Source: a virus (taxonomy: Duplodnaviria > Heunggongvirae > Uroviricota > Caudoviricetes). Taken from it: DNA of 34,896 nucleotides. The stretch spans positions 1-34,896 of the IMG/VR virus record IMGVR_UViG_2548877009_000017; one strand, given 5' to 3'. Position numbers and translations under genes: made by a program. Below are positions 10,575 through 20,404 of the stretch, one piece after another (position 1 is the stretch's first letter; the number at the start of each line of letters is the position of its first letter). Under the pieces are notes generated by a model that saw nothing but the letters and a program-made list of their open reading frames with translations, ran no database searches and was not told the DNA's origin.

Positions 10575-11057
10575 CTATGCGTTTGGGATATCGCCATCAA
10601 TCAGAGGGAGATCGCCTGGATAATATCGGTCAGATGTGAACACGTCATATTTATTACCCTGCCCTACAGGAAAATCTCCACGTCGTCGCATTGAAGGAAC
10701 AACCAGAGTGTCGGTCATCAAGGCATCATATGAGCGTTGGGCGTTACTGAGAACTTGCGGAGTTGGCTCAAGGCTGTAATCAGATAGCATTCTCAGCAAT
10801 AACTGATAGCCTACTGCGTGTTTGTATTTTCTTGGAAGACCTGACTCATCATCTGGTAATGGCTGCTCATCTCCAGTTGCGAAAGCGTAACCAATGTCGC
10901 CGGGGTTAATCATCCACTCGGACATCATATCTTCCAGATCAATTACACCATCTTCAATTGATTGCGGCTCAACATCAGTCAGCGATGCATTAGAAGCAAT
11001 AGCAAACTTACGAAGCGCAAAAAGGACGATCTCACCCTTTGTCAGTACTGTTGCCAT
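10575..11057 (-). CDS. Head-to-tail adaptor (P22 gp4 family)
   Basis: 160 aa; LTDVEPQS motif and overall pattern match P22 gp4. Confidence 0.8.
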   Translation of the reverse strand: MATVLTKGEIVLFALRKFAIASNASLTDVEPQSIEDGVIDLEDMMSEWMINPGDIGYAFATGDEQPLPDDESGLPRKYKHAVGYQLLLRMLSDYSLEPTPQVLSNAQRSYDALMTDTLVVPSMRRRGDFPVGQGNKYDVFTSDRYYPGDLPLIDGDIPNA

Positions 11058-11217
11058 TGTCTGCCGCCTTACGACCTCGCTTACTGGTCGGTTTCAATTC
11101 ATCAACTGAGGCAACAAAGCCCAACTTTTCGAAAAACTGGAAGTCTTTTTCTGCGATAACGGCCTGTACATGCCCGGATTCGTTATCTGCGGCAAGGAAT
11201 ACACTCATGCGATCCAT
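11032..11217 (-). CDS. Small hypothetical protein between coat and gp4-like genes
   Basis: 61-aa ORF with ATG preceded by AAGGAAAC; Lys/Arg-rich C-terminus; overlaps gp4-like start by 26 nt in another frame. Confidence 0.45.
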   Translation of the reverse strand: MDRMSVFLAADNESGHVQAVIAEKDFQFFEKLGFVASVDELKPTSKRGRKAADNGNSTDKG

Positions 11218-11230
11218 ATTGTTTCCTTAA

Positions 11231-11256
11231 AACATAAAAGGGGCGGAAGCCCCTTG
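11231..11256 (-). terminator. Intrinsic terminator/attenuator immediately downstream of coat gene
   Basis: On minus strand GGGGC-ttcc-GCCCC hairpin followed by TTTTATGTTTT, 4 nt after the coat stop codon. Confidence 0.5.
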
Positions 11257-11259
11257 TTA

Positions 11260-12531
11260 TTACGGATTACCGAAGAACTGACCGCCCATGTGAGGGTTAA
11301 AGCACACATATGCAGGCAGTAAGTCGAAGCGCATTTTTTGCACGTTGGCATCGCCATCTGCGTATTTATGTACGCGGATGGAGAAACCTTCATATGTTGC
11401 AACAGCAGAATCAATACTGTGCAGTTTCGGCAGTGGGATAGAGCCAAGTCCACAGAAGAACTTGTTATAGAACAGGTTTGGCTTCATTGTCTGGCTAGCA
11501 GTGCCTACTACAGATACGGCATCGCCTGCCGCTACCTGACGACTTACAGAGTTGTACTGCGGGTTTGTAGTGTCATAAATCGGAACACCAGAAAGCGTAA
11601 CCGTCACATCGCCACCGCTGTCTGAATTAGCATCAGCAGTAACCGTTGCAGTGAAGCTAATTGGTGTGGCTCCGTTATACAACGCCTGTTTGGTCTGCTG
11701 TTGCAGCCAGTAGGTATTGGTGAATTTGACCTGATCACCAGCTTTCAGAAAACCTGTAACGCTGGCTGTCGCTCCGGTCAATGTTACAGTGAACTGGTAT
11801 GAGTCTTTAACTGCGTTATAGGTAACAGTTGGCTGTGTTTTGACTGTCAGTGTTCCGCCAAATGCCCCCTGCGTACGAGAGGCAAGCCCATTAGACATCA
11901 GTGCGCGAATGCCGCCAAAATTGGTTGGGATCTGCGCATTCTCCCATGCAGTACGAACCAATTGATCTGAAGCGTGCAAACCAGTCTGCGCATCAGCAAG
12001 TCGCTGTGCAGACCATGGATCCATTACAGCATAGTTTTCACCTTCATTAACGCCGAGATCTTTCAGGAAAGATGCCGTCTGCGCAACATCAGACCATTTG
12101 GTGATTGGAGTATTGGGGCTACCAAGTGACAACGCACCGTTATTCATCATGAAGTGAGCAAGCTCTGTTTCAAGGTCGGTAACGATTCGCTGGCGAACCG
12201 GCGCGAGAATTTCTTCCAGTTGGTTAAGCTTGATCGCTTCCTCCAGTTGCTGATATTCAACAGCAACAGTGATGTAGTTACCTACACGCCCCGTTGCTTT
12301 ACCTGAGATCAGGTTGTTTTTATTTTGCCCTGAAATATCACCAGTGGGAGTACGGAGGGATGAGAATTGATGCGGACGTTTAAAGCTAACGCTATCGCCA
12401 GTGCTGGAGTTGATTTCACCTGCCAGCAACTGACGGTCTACGGTTTTCGCCAGAACTAAATCTGACATAAAACCCGGAAGGAATTTTTTCAGAACGATTT
12501 GACTGACGTTACTGTCGAGATTGTTAGGCAT
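11260..12531 (-). CDS. Major coat protein (P22 gp5 / Sf6 gp5 family)
   Basis: 423 aa following the scaffold gene; N-terminus MPNNLDSNVSQIVLKKFLPGF; size and position match P22-like coat. Confidence 0.9.
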   Translation of the reverse strand: MPNNLDSNVSQIVLKKFLPGFMSDLVLAKTVDRQLLAGEINSSTGDSVSFKRPHQFSSLRTPTGDISGQNKNNLISGKATGRVGNYITVAVEYQQLEEAIKLNQLEEILAPVRQRIVTDLETELAHFMMNNGALSLGSPNTPITKWSDVAQTASFLKDLGVNEGENYAVMDPWSAQRLADAQTGLHASDQLVRTAWENAQIPTNFGGIRALMSNGLASRTQGAFGGTLTVKTQPTVTYNAVKDSYQFTVTLTGATASVTGFLKAGDQVKFTNTYWLQQQTKQALYNGATPISFTATVTADANSDSGGDVTVTLSGVPIYDTTNPQYNSVSRQVAAGDAVSVVGTASQTMKPNLFYNKFFCGLGSIPLPKLHSIDSAVATYEGFSIRVHKYADGDANVQKMRFDLLPAYVCFNPHMGGQFFGNP

Positions 12532-12542
12532 TTATCTTTTCC

Positions 12543-13427
12543 TTATTCGATTTTTGCGCCGGGGCATAATTTGTTGAATTCGTCTTGTTTCGCATCAGCA
12601 CCGCCACCACGTACTTCCGGCTCTGGCTTGATGGCTTTCTTTGGTTTTGGAGCAAGGCTTACCTGTTTGCTAATCTGCCCCAAGAGGAATGCTGCGCGAA
12701 TTGGATCTGTCTCAGCGGCTACACGCTGGCGTAATTGCTGGCTCTTACCTAATCCATAGGCGAGTAGTTCAGAGCCTTCGTCTGCACAGTGAATGATGAT
12801 TTCCTGCTGAATTGGTGGTAGCTCACTAAGAACAATGGCCTCCATTTCCTGATAATCTTTCACAGGAAGTTTGGCTGCCCGTTGTTTATGCGCTTCTACC
12901 CTTTGCTGGAAACGCTGTTGGTATTCCTGTTGCTGACGTATTTTTTGTTGCTGCTGCTGTTCGACACGGCCTTTTTTCTCATGCCAATCAGTCAATGCCT
13001 GTTCAAACGCCTGTTCGTCATAATCACACGACTCAAGAGTCGGTTTTGGTGGAATAGCGTCTGGTTGTGGTTGCTGATGTTCCGCAGGCTTGGCTAATGC
13101 TTCCTCAAGCTGGCGGCGCAACTCACGGTTTTCTTTCTGTGTTTCTTTGAAGCCTTTGCGAAGATCTTTCACCCATTGCGGTGCAGGTTGCCCGTCAATG
13201 TGATCATCATCGTCAGTGTTAAGCTGAATTTCTTCATCACCAATACGCAAGGCGTAATCTTCTGGTGTCTCTTCGGTTTTTTCAGGATCAGTTGCCATCT
13301 CTTTTCCGTTGTCATCCTGGCTTTCATTCTCAGGCTGTGACTCTGTTTGGATGATGGTTTCTTCTGCATTTTCCTGTGTTTCAGACAGGTCAATAACCTG
13401 ACCGTCGATGATCAGTTCGTTTTCCAT
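12543..13427 (-). CDS. Scaffolding protein (P22 gp8 family)
   Basis: 294 aa, highly acidic and Gln/Glu-rich; located between portal and coat. Confidence 0.8.
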   Translation of the reverse strand: MENELIIDGQVIDLSETQENAEETIIQTESQPENESQDDNGKEMATDPEKTEETPEDYALRIGDEEIQLNTDDDDHIDGQPAPQWVKDLRKGFKETQKENRELRRQLEEALAKPAEHQQPQPDAIPPKPTLESCDYDEQAFEQALTDWHEKKGRVEQQQQQKIRQQQEYQQRFQQRVEAHKQRAAKLPVKDYQEMEAIVLSELPPIQQEIIIHCADEGSELLAYGLGKSQQLRQRVAAETDPIRAAFLLGQISKQVSLAPKPKKAIKPEPEVRGGGADAKQDEFNKLCPGAKIE

Positions 13428-13440
13428 TGATTACTCCTGG

Positions 13441-15567
13441 TTAACTCGGCATTAAGTCTGCCGGTGACTGTGGTGGTGACTGGAATTGCTGTTGTTGTGA
13501 CTCGGCGACATCTTTCAGAAGGCGTATTGCCTCCATCACTGCTTTGTCATCGATGTTTCTGGCTTGAGCCAGTTTATAGACAGTGTTTGCCTGACTCTCC
13601 ATCGCATCCTGCTGGGCAGTAAATGCTTTGATTTGAGTTTGAGCAGTTTCGTTAGTTGCTTTTTGCGCTTCTGCCTGCGCTGCTACCATTTGCGCCTGAG
13701 CGAGAACCATTTCAGGATTTGGCTGGCTTTGTGCTGCCATTTGCGTCTGTTGAACAATCTGCTGCTCTTTCTCATTGCGTGGTTTTGCAATACCAGATAT
13801 CAGCAGTTGGTTTCGGTTGTACTCTTTGAAGTCATCAAGGCCTTCGCCATCGATATTGTCCAGAATAATACCCTGAATTGCCGGGCGCATTGGGTCTGTT
13901 GGAAGCATAGAGCTAAGGATATTTGTCAGTACAGAAACCGTTGCATCACGTCGTGCTGTGTAGCTTGGTCCAACATCAACCGTCACATCGTATCGACCGA
14001 CAGAAAGGTCATTTAACGCAACAACAGCCCCTGTTTGCCTGTCAACAACCTGTGCGCTCAGGACAGCGATATCATCACTTCCATCTTCGTTAACGATGCG
14101 CACTTCACGTTCTGAACCGTACACTTCACGCGCCATTGACAGCCATACTTCACCAGCGCGTTTAAGACTTTTCGCCATATTGTCCAGATAGATAAACGAA
14201 GCCATATCTGCTCTGTTCATCAAGTTGTTAACCGTTTCCTGAGCAATATTACTTGGCATCTGCTGCATGGCCTGACTGCCGCCTGTAACCTCCTGAATAT
14301 CAGCACTGGTTTGCTGTAGTAATGCAGCCAATGCCTGATTCATAACCGCAGGCTGTGTATATCCTGCAGGGGTAGCTCCAGCGATAATGTTGCCAGATTT
14401 ATCTCTCACTTCGCGCAACGGCAAGAACGCTGGGCGTTTCTTGTTGCGAGCCTCCCAGTGCTTCTCAAGTCCACGAATTTGCTCCATGCCAACTATAGGG
14501 ATCTGACCGGGGTCTTGTGCTGCAGTATCAGCCAGCATTGAAACCTGAAGGTTGTACAAACGCTGTGGATCCATTGCTTTTGCAATGTGACCTTCGACAC
14601 GCTCAATGTCATCAATGAACCAGCGTTTTCCATAAACCGGGATGAGGGGGATATGCTCACCAGGAATACGTCGAGGTTTCTCAAGGAAACCATCACCATC
14701 CACTACTGATACATACACACGACGGCGCTTCACTGAGCGCCTTGCAACTTCCTGAAATCCAGCTATTGCCAGTTCATCTTCAATATCGTCGACCTGATCA
14801 CTGTCATATGTTGCAATCTCTCCAGTGATTGGATGTCGATAACTGATAACATCAACAGACTCTTTACGAACTTCGTAATACTTCGCTATGTAAATAACAT
14901 CTGCATCAAACCAGTCATATTCCCAACTGGTCATAGACGTTACGTCCAGAGAAGCAGGAGGTTTCTTTCCGTATTCAGCCTCATATTTTTCAGGTGACAA
15001 CGAATACATGCAGAACGCCCACAACGCGTCAGATTTGTCGTACTTCTTAGCATCAGGGTCAAACCACACAGAGCGCGACGGGTCGTATATTGGTTCAATA
15101 GCAATGCGCTGACGATCGTCCATGGGGTCGTATTCATTGACCAGCATAGACGTCAAACGGAAGCAACCGAAACCACCAGTAGCAGCGTCGTCAAATGCAT
15201 TATCGCAAGCCTCACCACCATCAGTTTCTTCGTAGTCAGCACGGAACAGACCATTTAATTTATTGGCTAACTCTTCGCTTGCCTCTCTGTCACCAGGACG
15301 AAACTTAACGGTGATTCTGTTATTGCGGTATTCTGCAATGATGCGGTTAAGTTCAGTTGCTACCTTATTGATTTCAAACTTAGGATACTTCTCGAACTGC
15401 TCATCAAGCTTAGTTCCAGCCGCCGTTGCTCCTTCCCATTGACCTCCGGGGACACGAGCAAACCTCGTAGCTTCAATGCACTTTTCGCGCACTTCCTGCT
15501 GTGGAGAATAGGCGCGGTCAAACCTGAGCATGATCCGCTCATGTTTTTTCTCTAATGTCTCTGCCAT
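13441..15567 (-). CDS. Portal protein (P22 gp1 family)
   Basis: About 708 aa; start chosen at MAETLEKK (ATG 15567) lying 2 nt after TerL stop; ORF-track start at 15639 would overlap TerL by 70 nt; Gln/Ala-rich C-terminal barrel-like tail as in P22 portal. Confidence 0.9.
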   Translation of the reverse strand: MAETLEKKHERIMLRFDRAYSPQQEVREKCIEATRFARVPGGQWEGATAAGTKLDEQFEKYPKFEINKVATELNRIIAEYRNNRITVKFRPGDREASEELANKLNGLFRADYEETDGGEACDNAFDDAATGGFGCFRLTSMLVNEYDPMDDRQRIAIEPIYDPSRSVWFDPDAKKYDKSDALWAFCMYSLSPEKYEAEYGKKPPASLDVTSMTSWEYDWFDADVIYIAKYYEVRKESVDVISYRHPITGEIATYDSDQVDDIEDELAIAGFQEVARRSVKRRRVYVSVVDGDGFLEKPRRIPGEHIPLIPVYGKRWFIDDIERVEGHIAKAMDPQRLYNLQVSMLADTAAQDPGQIPIVGMEQIRGLEKHWEARNKKRPAFLPLREVRDKSGNIIAGATPAGYTQPAVMNQALAALLQQTSADIQEVTGGSQAMQQMPSNIAQETVNNLMNRADMASFIYLDNMAKSLKRAGEVWLSMAREVYGSEREVRIVNEDGSDDIAVLSAQVVDRQTGAVVALNDLSVGRYDVTVDVGPSYTARRDATVSVLTNILSSMLPTDPMRPAIQGIILDNIDGEGLDDFKEYNRNQLLISGIAKPRNEKEQQIVQQTQMAAQSQPNPEMVLAQAQMVAAQAEAQKATNETAQTQIKAFTAQQDAMESQANTVYKLAQARNIDDKAVMEAIRLLKDVAESQQQQFQSPPQSPADLMPS

Positions 15568-15569
15568 GT

Positions 15570-16982
15570 TTACCAACCGGAGGATGAGGGAACGTATATT
15601 TCTGTTTCTTCGCGGACCAATGCCGGGCAATGCATACACATCATCAGCGCATCAGCCAGGTTAGGAGATGGAATACCGAGCTTCTGCTTCATTTCGACCT
15701 TAGTCATAAGCTCCAGCTTCCCGTTGTTATTGAATTTGCGCTGAATCTGCGTCAGTTCTGCAAACAGCTTCTCCAGCATATTCTCGCCTATCGCTTCTTT
15801 GTCGAAACTCAGCATGTCGTCGGGGTCTGCATACTCACCGTAAACAACCGCCCGATATGTCAGATACAGCCTGTCAGCCAGCGCGTAATAGAATTGCGCT
15901 CGCTTATTGCGGAACACATCACCAATAGTGCGAACGTTGTCGCCCTGTACGACTTCATCAGCCCATGCTCCGGCCTGATACGGTGCATCTTCATCGAATG
16001 GCGATTCGCTGCCCTTGAACATCGTGGCGGTGATTTTCTTGCCGGAGAACGCTTCCGTTGTCTGTCTGCGTAGCCCGGCACCAACACCATCACCATCCCA
16101 CAGGTAATGGTCAGCGCCGTCTTCAATCGCCAGCGAAGCAGCCCAGTCAGCACCATCGTTGATGTCCATCAGCAGACCTTCGGCAATGCGCTTAACTACC
16201 GAACCGTGACGCGATGCATAACCTTTAGCATCTGGCCCTGTATCTGATGGGTCATGCGCAGAGACAACAGCGCCTTTCGCTTTCCATCCGAGTTTCTTGT
16301 GCGCATCGGTTGCGGCTTCAAGCCATTCACGTTTGATGATTGCCATATCACTTGCGCTTACCGGCTCACCAAGCCAGATGTGACGATACAGTGTCGGATT
16401 TCTGCGTTTACACTCTTCCATCTCCAGACGGAGAACTTCAGGAAAGTGCGGATTGTCGGTGTAGTTCACCGTCAGCAGACAAATATCATCGGGAGGATTT
16501 ACGACGAATCGCTGATAGGTATCGTCGAGGATGTTTTTCGGGTTAAAGCTCACCCATATTTCGGAAAACGGCTTGCGGATGGTTGGTATCAGGATATCCC
16601 ATGATTCCTTCGTTACCGCTTCCGCTTCTTCCACCCAGCAGATATCAATGCCTTCGAGCGATTTAATCTTAGTCGGGTTGTTTTTGATGCCGTAGAACAT
16701 GAATTCAGCATTCGTTCCGAGATGACGAATCATTGAACGCTGAATTTCAAACTCAGCCGTATACCCTTCACGTTCTATGGTGTCTTCAAGCAGCCGGATT
16801 ACCGAATCGCTGATACTGTTTTGCAGCTCACGAGCGCAGAGAATACGTACAGGCTGCCGACGCACCGCCTCAACAAGCAGTCTCGCAATTGCCCATGACT
16901 TACCGCTACCTCGACCGCCTTTGGCGACTTTATAGCGATGCGCCTCAATGAACGGTTCAAAGATAGGATTAATCGAGGTCAT
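15570..16982 (-). CDS. Terminase large subunit
   Basis: Walker A KGGRGSGKS near N-terminus; 470 aa; immediately downstream of TerS with ATGA overlap. Confidence 0.9.
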   Translation of the reverse strand: MTSINPIFEPFIEAHRYKVAKGGRGSGKSWAIARLLVEAVRRQPVRILCARELQNSISDSVIRLLEDTIEREGYTAEFEIQRSMIRHLGTNAEFMFYGIKNNPTKIKSLEGIDICWVEEAEAVTKESWDILIPTIRKPFSEIWVSFNPKNILDDTYQRFVVNPPDDICLLTVNYTDNPHFPEVLRLEMEECKRRNPTLYRHIWLGEPVSASDMAIIKREWLEAATDAHKKLGWKAKGAVVSAHDPSDTGPDAKGYASRHGSVVKRIAEGLLMDINDGADWAASLAIEDGADHYLWDGDGVGAGLRRQTTEAFSGKKITATMFKGSESPFDEDAPYQAGAWADEVVQGDNVRTIGDVFRNKRAQFYYALADRLYLTYRAVVYGEYADPDDMLSFDKEAIGENMLEKLFAELTQIQRKFNNNGKLELMTKVEMKQKLGIPSPNLADALMMCMHCPALVREETEIYVPSSSGW

Positions 16983-17506
16983 TTTCCGAATAAAGTGCTC
17001 ATTGGTGATGTTTCAATCTGGATTGCGCCGCCGTCTTTGCCGGTTAGCTCGTGAGAAGCTTGTTCTTTAAACGCCTGAACGTAAACATGCTTACCAAGAA
17101 GTTCGAGATTTTTGACCTTATCAGGCCATTTGATTTTCTTCAGAAGTGCGGTGCTATCTGCAGATACCATCTCCACGACATCCATTCCTGATAGCGTTGT
17201 GCGCCATACCTTAGGCCAGTCTTTAATGGGTTTTAGCTCACCGTTTTGCAGGAGAATGTCGAGCACATCCATCTGATCGATTTCAATAAGGCGATTAAGC
17301 ACATATTCTGCATTAATACCAACAAGATCATTGCGTTGCGCTTTCAGTTCGGCGATTCTGAATTGGATGTCAGGTTTTGACATGTTTTCGGATGCGGTAC
17401 GGTTAGCTGTCTTTGCGCTGTACCCCGCCCGAATAGCCGCTTGCGTGGCGTTTAAATCGATGAGGTACTCGCGACAGAACATTTCTTGCTTGTCGGTGAG
17501 TGCCAT
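16979..17506 (-). CDS. Terminase small subunit
   Basis: 175 aa directly upstream of and overlapping TerL; N-terminal region MALTDKQEMFCREYLIDLNATQAAIRAGYS typical of phage small terminase. Confidence 0.75.
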   Translation of the reverse strand: MALTDKQEMFCREYLIDLNATQAAIRAGYSAKTANRTASENMSKPDIQFRIAELKAQRNDLVGINAEYVLNRLIEIDQMDVLDILLQNGELKPIKDWPKVWRTTLSGMDVVEMVSADSTALLKKIKWPDKVKNLELLGKHVYVQAFKEQASHELTGKDGGAIQIETSPMSTLFGK

Positions 17507-17532
17507 TTTTTACTTCCCATAAGGAGATTGTT

Positions 17533-17715
17533 ATGAACGATGACTTTAAAACAGGTGACATTGTTAAACTGAAATCAGGCGGACCTGACATGACTATCAG
17601 GTCATTTTCATCTACCCACGGTAACTCTTTTCTTTGTCAATGGTTTGCTGGCAAGAAGCTTGAGCAAGGATATTTCAAACCGGAATCTCTTGAGCGCGTT
17701 ACCCCAAAGCCATAG
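17533..17715 (+). CDS. DUF2158/YodC-like small protein
   Basis: 60 aa; KSGGPDMT motif; ATG preceded by AAGGAG; antisense to the late operon. Confidence 0.55.
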   Translation: MNDDFKTGDIVKLKSGGPDMTIRSFSSTHGNSFLCQWFAGKKLEQGYFKPESLERVTPKP

Positions 17716-17759
17716 TCCCAAACACACCAACCTTAACTCTTGATGATATTTCATCATGG

Positions 17760-17999
17760 ATGATGTCCGTTTTATCAACAGATGGTTGCCTTTATCAGCA
17801 GGATGTTGTGGATTATCTCGTTAAACAACATAACGAGCAGCACCTCAAAGAAAATGCGGATGGCAACCAAGCGCTATCAACAAAAGTGATTAATAAATTC
17901 AGGGTTGATAGCGGTGAAAGTGTTGTTTGGGTTAAGCCAGATAAGTACTGGCGTTTCCGTGTGCCTGAAGACGAAAACGGTCGTGAAGCTCGCGGTTAA
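17760..17999 (+). CDS. Hypothetical protein
   Basis: 79-aa ORF on plus strand following the DUF2158 gene; no recognisable motif. Confidence 0.4.
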   Translation: MMSVLSTDGCLYQQDVVDYLVKQHNEQHLKENADGNQALSTKVINKFRVDSGESVVWVKPDKYWRFRVPEDENGREARG

Positions 18000-18017
18000 A
18001 CTAATCAACGATAAAAG

Positions 18018-18040
18018 GCAGCATGTTGAGTGCTGCCATA
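18018..18040. terminator. Hairpin between convergent genes, candidate bidirectional terminator
   Basis: 7-bp stem ggcagca / tgctgcc (18018-18024 and 18032-18038) with 7-nt loop; T-run on minus strand side, A/T-rich on plus strand side. Confidence 0.4.
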
Positions 18041-18074
18041 TTCATCTCACTTATTTGTTATTTCAGGTTGAGCA

Positions 18075-18317
18075 TCATGCTCCGGTAGTGAACAGGTCTA
18101 ACGCTTCCTTCGATTTACGCACCGCTTCGATAGTGCGGGTCGTGATATCTGAATTAGCGCCGCCTGACTGGAAGTGAATTTTGAATAGCTCAAGCTTCAG
18201 TTCGTCAGTGCCAATGAACTGAAATGCTTCCTCTGCGGCTGCGTTCTGGTTCATGACCAGTTTATAAATCTCTAACTGGAATTTCTGTTCTTCAGTCATG
18301 GGAATAATCTCTGCCAT
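18075..18317 (-). CDS. Hypothetical protein
   Basis: 80-aa ORF with ATG start, co-oriented with late operon. Confidence 0.45.
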   Translation of the reverse strand: MAEIIPMTEEQKFQLEIYKLVMNQNAAAEEAFQFIGTDELKLELFKIHFQSGGANSDITTRTIEAVRKSKEALDLFTTGA

Positions 18318-18420
18318 TGCTGGCTCCGTTTATCCGTTAAAAGGGATATAAGTTAAGTTATCCCGTGTAGGGTATAAGCCATTATCAAAGCCACTCTGTA
18401 GGGAATGGCTTTTGTAATAA

Positions 18421-18777
18421 CTACTGTTCGCTTAGCTTCTGCTTCAGCAAGTAACCTTCGAGCATCCAGATTTTGTTTACAGCATTCTGCCGGGCAATCT
18501 TCCGACCAATTTCTGCATCAAAATTTTCCGGACTTGCACAGGAACTCTCTCCGGTGACGGTGAAGCCATTCTTCAGCACCAGTACGCAGAAAGTCAGGAG
18601 GTCTGTAGATTTATGCGCTGTCCATGAATCGCCAACGCCCATATTGGCAGCACGAATGCCGTCATAAGCAGTAAAGAAATGCTCTTCAAGAATGATGCTT
18701 TCGATATATTGAGGCGTAACTCGCGGAGCGGTTTTGCCTTTCTCAACGATTTCTTTTTCGATTTGCTGGTCGTTCAT
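18421..18777 (-). CDS. Hypothetical protein
   Basis: 118-aa ORF with ATG start, co-oriented with late operon, downstream of an ORF-free stretch. Confidence 0.5.
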   Translation of the reverse strand: MNDQQIEKEIVEKGKTAPRVTPQYIESIILEEHFFTAYDGIRAANMGVGDSWTAHKSTDLLTFCVLVLKNGFTVTGESSCASPENFDAEIGRKIARQNAVNKIWMLEGYLLKQKLSEQ

Positions 18778-19156
18778 AATTATGACCCTGTGGAGTGGTT
18801 GCTTGATTAGGATGTCTTTCCATCAGTCCGCCACCACAAAGAATCTTTTTTTGCCATAAGGCAGGAGGTTCATCTTTCAGTGGCTGCCAGTGTTATTTCC
18901 CCACTTTCTGGCTTGGGTTGTTTCGCTGTACTGCCGTAACTGGTTGCCCAGAATAAATTCCGGTTTCATTATCAAGCCCACCCGTAGATAGGCTTTGTAA
19001 TGAACTGGCTCTTATCTCAACGCAGCCCCTTACCGCGCGCCAGATGCTCAACTTCAAGCATCAGCAATGAGATGTTTAATCTGGATTCACTCCAGAAGTG
19101 AGCACCACCCTGTCTACAGAGCCAGATGTGAAGGATGATGAGTAAAATTATCGCTA

Positions 19157-19624
19157 TCATCGAAGGCATTGCGTCCTGATGTATTCCTGAAGCGTTCTCA
19201 GTGCAGTTTGGTCGCGGATAATTCCGTCCCGGACACCGAGAACGTTTCGTCCAGCAACTGGAGAGAGTTCGACGGTGGCATCATTGCCCATGCCGGAGGC
19301 GCCGGAGGTTTCGGCTGAGGATGGCACAGGGCATTTTCCTTTGACGAGCACCCGACCACCATTATCAAGCTTGCGCCGAAGAGCATCATTTTCAGCTTTC
19401 GCATCAGCTAACTCCTTCGTGTATTTATCATCGAGTGCATCAGCATCACGCTGGCGCTGCTGCATGTCAGTAATGGTGGCGTTCGCCTTCTCCAGTTCAC
19501 TGGCCTTGTTATCGCGCTGTTCTTTGTAGGCGATTGCATTATCACGGTAATGATTAACAGCCCATGACAGGCAGACGATGATGCAGATAACCAGAGCGGA
19601 GATAATCGCGGTGACTCTGCTCAT
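19157..19624 (-). CDS. Rz: Rz spanin (inner membrane subunit)
   Basis: N-terminus [31 protein letters not shown] as in lambda Rz; N-terminal TM plus coiled coil; overlaps R stop. Confidence 0.85.
   Translation of the reverse strand: MSRVTAIISALVICIIVCLSWAVNHYRDNAIAYKEQRDNKASELEKANATITDMQQRQRDADALDDKYTKELADAKAENDALRRKLDNGGRVLVKGKCPVPSSAETSGASGMGNDATVELSPVAGRNVLGVRDGIIRDQTALRTLQEYIRTQCLR
19198..19404 (-). CDS. Rz1: Rz1 spanin (outer membrane lipoprotein) embedded in Rz in +1 frame
   Basis: [21 protein letters not shown]... signal peptide with lipobox VVGC and proline-rich mature part, wholly inside Rz. Confidence 0.6.
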   Translation of the reverse strand: MRKLKMMLFGASLIMVVGCSSKENALCHPQPKPPAPPAWAMMPPSNSLQLLDETFSVSGTELSATKLH

Positions 19625-20097
19625 ACATCAATCTCTCTGACCGTTCCGCCCGCTTCTTTGAATTTTGCAATCAGGCTGTCAGCCTTATGCTCGAACTGAC
19701 CATAACCAGCGCCCGGCAGTGAAGCCCAGATATTGCTGCAACGGTCGATTGCCTGACGGATATCACCACGATCAATCATAGGTAAAGCGCCACGCTCCTT
19801 AATCTGCTGCAATGCCACAGCGTCCTGACTTTTCGGAGAGAAGTCTTTCAGGCCAAGCTGCTTGCGGTAGGCATCCCACCAACGGGAAAGAAGCTGGTAG
19901 CGTCCGGCGCCTGTTGATTTGAGTTTTGGGTTTAGCGTGACAAGTTTGCGAGGGTGATCGGAGTAATCAGTGAATAGCTCTCCGCCTACAATGACGTCAT
20001 AACCATGATTTCTGGTTTTCTGACGTCCGTTATCAGTTCCCTCCGACCACGCCAGCATATCGAGGAACGCCTTACGTTGATTATTGATTTCTACCAT
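19621..20097 (-). CDS. R: Endolysin, lambda R-type lytic transglycosylase
   Basis: 158 aa, [35 protein letters not shown]... essentially identical to remembered lambda R. Confidence 0.9.
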   Translation of the reverse strand: MVEINNQRKAFLDMLAWSEGTDNGRQKTRNHGYDVIVGGELFTDYSDHPRKLVTLNPKLKSTGAGRYQLLSRWWDAYRKQLGLKDFSPKSQDAVALQQIKERGALPMIDRGDIRQAIDRCSNIWASLPGAGYGQFEHKADSLIAKFKEAGGTVREIDV

Positions 20098-20404
20098 CTT
20101 CTACTCCGGCTTTTTTAGCAGCGAAGCGTTTGATAAGCGAACCAATCGAGTCAGTACCGATGTAGCCGATAAACACGCTCGTTATATAAGCGAGATTGCT
20201 ACTTAGTCCGGCGAAGTCGAGAAGGTCACGAATGAACCAGGCGATAATGGCGCACATCGTTGCGTCGATTACTGTTTTTGTAAACGCACCGCCATTATAT
20301 CTGCCGCGAAGGTACGCCATTGCAAACGCAAGGATTGCCCCGATGCCTTGTTCCTTTGCCGCGAGAATGGCGGCCAACAGGTCATGTTTTTCTGGCATCT
20401 TCAT
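20081..20404 (-). CDS. S: Holin/antiholin, lambda S-type with dual start
   Basis: 107 aa starting [20 protein letters not shown], near-identical to lambda S; Met1/Met3 dual-start motif; GGGGGTAAG upstream. Confidence 0.9.
   Translation of the reverse strand: MKMPEKHDLLAAILAAKEQGIGAILAFAMAYLRGRYNGGAFTKTVIDATMCAIIAWFIRDLLDFAGLSSNLAYITSVFIGYIGTDSIGSLIKRFAAKKAGVEDGRNQ

Noticed and set aside
13441-15639. Portal start at 15639 as given in the ORF track
   Set aside because: It would overlap TerL by 70 nt; the ATG at 15567 (MAETLEKK) lies 2 nt after the TerL stop and aligns with the P22 portal N-terminus
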